Shown here: positions 35,776 to 39,595 of the stretch, piece by piece
Layout: each line of letters starts with the position of its first letter
Numbering within the stretch: position 1 is the stretch's first letter
DNA from: Hydrurus foetidus
Lineage: Eukaryota
Reading direction: 5' to 3'
Length of the DNA: 39,595 nucleotides
NCBI GenBank assembly: GCA_900617105.1
Contig: UYFQ01000091.1
Location: 1-39,595 of the forward strand
Notes under the pieces: generated by a model
Told to the model about the DNA's origin: nothing
The model's input: only the letters and a program-made list of their open reading frames with translations
Databases searched by the model: none
Made by a program: the position numbers and the translations under genes

Positions 35776-38700
35776 ATGGCCGAGGGTAGAATCGAATATG
35801 TCATACCAACTACCGCGGCTTACAACAAAAACAGCCATGGAGATGACGGAAGAAACTATCAGGAATGCCTACAGACTGAAGAGGCCATGCACTCTGCTTG
35901 GTTGGAGAAAATTAAAATCAGTTCAGCTGAAAATTATCGAGCTGGTTATCTTGCGGGATCTAGTAGCAAGGGAGATTTGGTTGAGAAAGAGACCGAATCT
36001 GAAGATGTCCGAACACGACTTTTCGAGACAATTCCGGCACCCTGCAAATCAATGAACTCCGACACATTTCAAAGGTGTCAATGAACTCGATGAAAGGCGC
36101 ACTGCAACTCTTCTGCGCTAAGTAAACAGTCCATCCTATTTCCGATTCCGTGATGTCACTGGTTGTTCAGCTAATTTGGCACATGTGCTCCTGTTTTATT
36201 CACAGAGTTCGAATTACAGATCCCATTGAAGAGGAAGTCGACGATGACACGAGAGATGCATGCAACAGGCTGAAGGTGCGGTCTTACTTCTGTTGCACCA
36301 GCTGTATGTATTGTATGATTCACTATGAGTCTTTTTCCTCTTCATCACAGAAATGTATGTTGTTGAGAGAGAAATGGTTAGGCGGGCACCCTTATCCACC
36401 TCAAGACATAGAGAGCACATTTCAACCATCAGGTCCGGAAATATCAATCCTTACAGAGTAAAAAACGGCAAAACTTGATTTTGGTGTAGTTCGATATTGT
36501 CATTTTCTTGTCGGGATTCACTTTTGAGTAATTCGATGCTATTCCATTTTCTTTTTTTAACAGAAATGGTGGCAGCATCTGTTGCTCGGGCGATATCTGA
36601 TAATAGCAGGTTGAAGTCGGAACAGGATTTATCATCAGACTTTGCGGTGAGAGATCTGAATATATCAGCCGCTGAGCACACCGCCTCTATTCTTAATATG
36701 CGGGAAGTTTCTGAATCTCGGAGTAGCGTGAACTTCGTGACTACAGATGATATGCTGACGTCACCCTCGAGCCGACACAGCAATGAGAATAACGATTTGG
36801 AAGATTATAACACTGGTTCATCGGCCAAAGCGTTTCATCCGGATGATTTTAGAAGACGTTTAGTGCCCTTTGCAGACATCTTCAACAGACCTCTTCCTGT
36901 ATTTCCTTCTCATCCGATCACATCGGATGAGACTTCTAAGGCCGAAGAGGGTTATTGCTGTGTGTCTGATGGGAGTACCAAATCAGTGAAAGGGGAGGGA
37001 GATTTTATTGATGAGGACCTTGCGGGCCTTCACACGTATCATTCAAATGAATTGGTTAAAAAACTTTATCCGGTACTAGAGTGGAAATTGAAAGCTGGTG
37101 TCATGCATGTCTATCATGCAAAGAGCAATAGTGGTGCTGTTGGTAGCAGCAGTACCGTACAGTCAAATGATGTACGTCATCACGACAACATTAATGTCAA
37201 CGGTAATATAGAAGGATCAGACCAAGATTCCCAATTTGTAAATCTATTTCCGGTTTTATCTTTTGAAGAGTTCGTGAGGGATTTCAATCAAGTACGTACA
37301 TACTTCGAGTAAGATAATCATACTTACATCTCTGGATAATTATGGAGCAAAGATTGATGCGCTGCTTCGCATCTGTGACTTGCACAACCTCACATTTGAT
37401 TGAGTCGTTATCACTTGATTGCTTTTCACTTGAGAAGCGGCACATTGATCAACTATATTCCAATATCAGTACAGCACTAGCTGTTAGAATGTGGCAATTT
37501 ATGACGACACTAATATCATGCATTCCCACAGGTCAAACAAACCGTATTCAGCGGGCCTACTACGTCATACGCCTTCACGCGCCTCGAACTTCTATCAGCT
37601 AAATTCAATCTACACATACTGCTAAACGGTTCTAGAGAACTTAATGCATCGAAAAGTGTGCCCCATAGAGATTTCTATAACGTACGCAAAGTGGATACGC
37701 ACGTACATCACTCGGTAAGAATTACTTGTGCTTCATTTTCATTTATGCCATGCTCTCTCGTGGACATGCTGTTGTCTCATTGATTTTATTCATTTTAAAA
37801 TACATACTGATAGCTCGTAGAATTTAATGTAGCCTACGGTGGAGATTCAACATGCGTTGAACGCAATCTTATACAGAGAACGCTTTTTGGTCAAATTTGC
37901 TCGCATCTAAATCATGTGAATCCACCACTAGGCGTGCATGAACCAGAAGCATCTTCTGAGATTTATAAAGCATAAGCTAAGATATGTTCCCAATGAAGTT
38001 GTGACTTTTCGTGATGGAAAGTACCTTACACTCGGTGAAGTGTTTGAGAGCTTGAAACTAACAGGTACGAATATTGGAAATTGCGAATGTTTTGGTTCCC
38101 AACAATCCCACTGAAGATGAGTTTTATTTACGTTCTGTTCATACGATATTCAAGAAATGCCACTCTCATGCAATGTCATTACTGTAGCGCACTGAACTGT
38201 GACGTAACGCTCTGAACTGTCACGTACTGTACTGTACAGCGTACGACCTGTCCATCGACACTCTGGACATGCATGCGCACGACACCTTCCACCGATTCGA
38301 CAGGTTCAACTTGAAGTACAATCCAGCAGGTGAGTGAAAAATGAAACGCGATGCAAATTGCTGCAACTCTATGCAATGAAATGCGCTGCAAGGCAATGTA
38401 GAGGTAATCTCGTCTCTATGGTCAAATGATGGAACCAATTACGGTAACAATTCGTGAAATGGAAAAAGGAGTAGGATAGAGATAGGATCGTAGATTATTT
38501 TTTGACGGGGCCTCTGACTGATAATCAACAAACTCTTACATTTTATTTTATTTTATTTTTCATTGCCAGGCCAGAGTAGACTTCGAGAAATTTTTTTAAA
38601 AACTGAAAATTACATTGGCGGTCGTTATCTAGCTGAAATGACTCGTGAGGTGAATAAATACGAATTTGCGAGAGTGTTCGTGATTGAGTCCAGTTCTTCC

Positions 38701-39595
38701 ATTCGATTTATAGAGCTCCATTTATTTATCTATTTATTTTGATAATGGAGGAAGATTCTATTACCGACTGCTAGAATGTTTGATGATACATGTGCACGAC
38801 AATGCAATTAGCAATCATAAACTATCGTACTTTCATTTTTATATCGGACTGTTATCTTGAATGAACTCCTTATCACTTTGTGGTTAATGCCAATATGATA
38901 GTTACCTAATCTCCTGTCTCTGCTTCTTTCATCTGTCTCGCCCCTCTTTCTGCCTCTCCCTCTATCTCTGCTGCTATTATTAGGTCATGGGTGATCTCGA
39001 AGCGAGCAAATACCAACTGGCAGAGTGGAGAGTGTCCATCTATGGTGCGCAATCCTATATACATCTTTCTTTCTCTGTTTCTACCTTTATTCCTCTTTCT
39101 CCCTCACTTTATATCACTCTCCCTCTCTTCTTTTCTACCCCACACATACACAGACTAGTCCATTGTTTTTCTAGAAAACAAAACATGTCTCTAGTGCATG
39201 CCAAATACAGAGTGACTATGATTTCCTTCATGAATTCATCAAGTGGCTTTCTCCTTCACACCTCCCCTTTTCCTTTTCCCTTTCATCTTCTCTTCTAGGC
39301 CGGAAAGCCAATGAGTGGGATAAACTGGCCGCATGGTTTTACGAGCATCGCCTAGCGCATGAGAATGTCCGGTGGTTAATTCAAATGCCCCGTCTCTACC
39401 ACATCTACAGGTGAGCGTTACAATCTCGTAAGTACGATTTGTACACGCTAAATGAAGTGACATTTTGCTCATCTGTCGTCTGCATCACTGCTTACATTTT
39501 ATTGCATCATTGCATTGGATTGCATTGCAAGGTGTAACTTTCTGCACCGTAGTGCAATGCTGACATCACAGTATTACGTATGGTATATTGCAATG
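35776..39595 (+). CDS. AMPD: AMP deaminase (multi-exon, continues beyond window; start codon uncertain)
   Basis: FQRVRI...[131 protein letters not shown]...[12 protein letters not shown]. Confidence 0.95.

Overview
Eukaryotic, intron-rich genomic DNA, probably from a stramenopile/protist (inferred from gene style and transposon families, not proven). Host genes: 3' end of an ankyrin-repeat-like gene; a ~30-exon 26S proteasome subunit Rpn2/PSMD1 (-); a K+-dependent Na+/Ca2+ exchanger (+); ARL2 (+); an NPSN-like SNARE with a long Pro/Thr-rich C-terminal tail (-); NR2C2AP (+); and an AMP deaminase (+) that runs off the window. Mobile DNA: (i) a 10.9-kb nested insertion, in which a Ty1/copia element (277-bp LTRs) sits in the ~365-bp head-to-head promoter of the SNARE and NR2C2AP genes and is itself split inside RNase H by an antisense chromodomain-bearing Ty3/gypsy element (identical 120-bp LTRs, GGCC TSD); (ii) a decayed PIF1-helicase (Helitron-like) fragment with a tandemly duplicated, hairpin-containing end; (iii) two MITE-like TIR elements. 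Most striking observation: the copia element has no tRNA primer-binding site. The 11 nt directly after its 5' LTR are instead the exact reverse complement of 11 nt inside the LTR, the architecture of Tf1-type self-priming.
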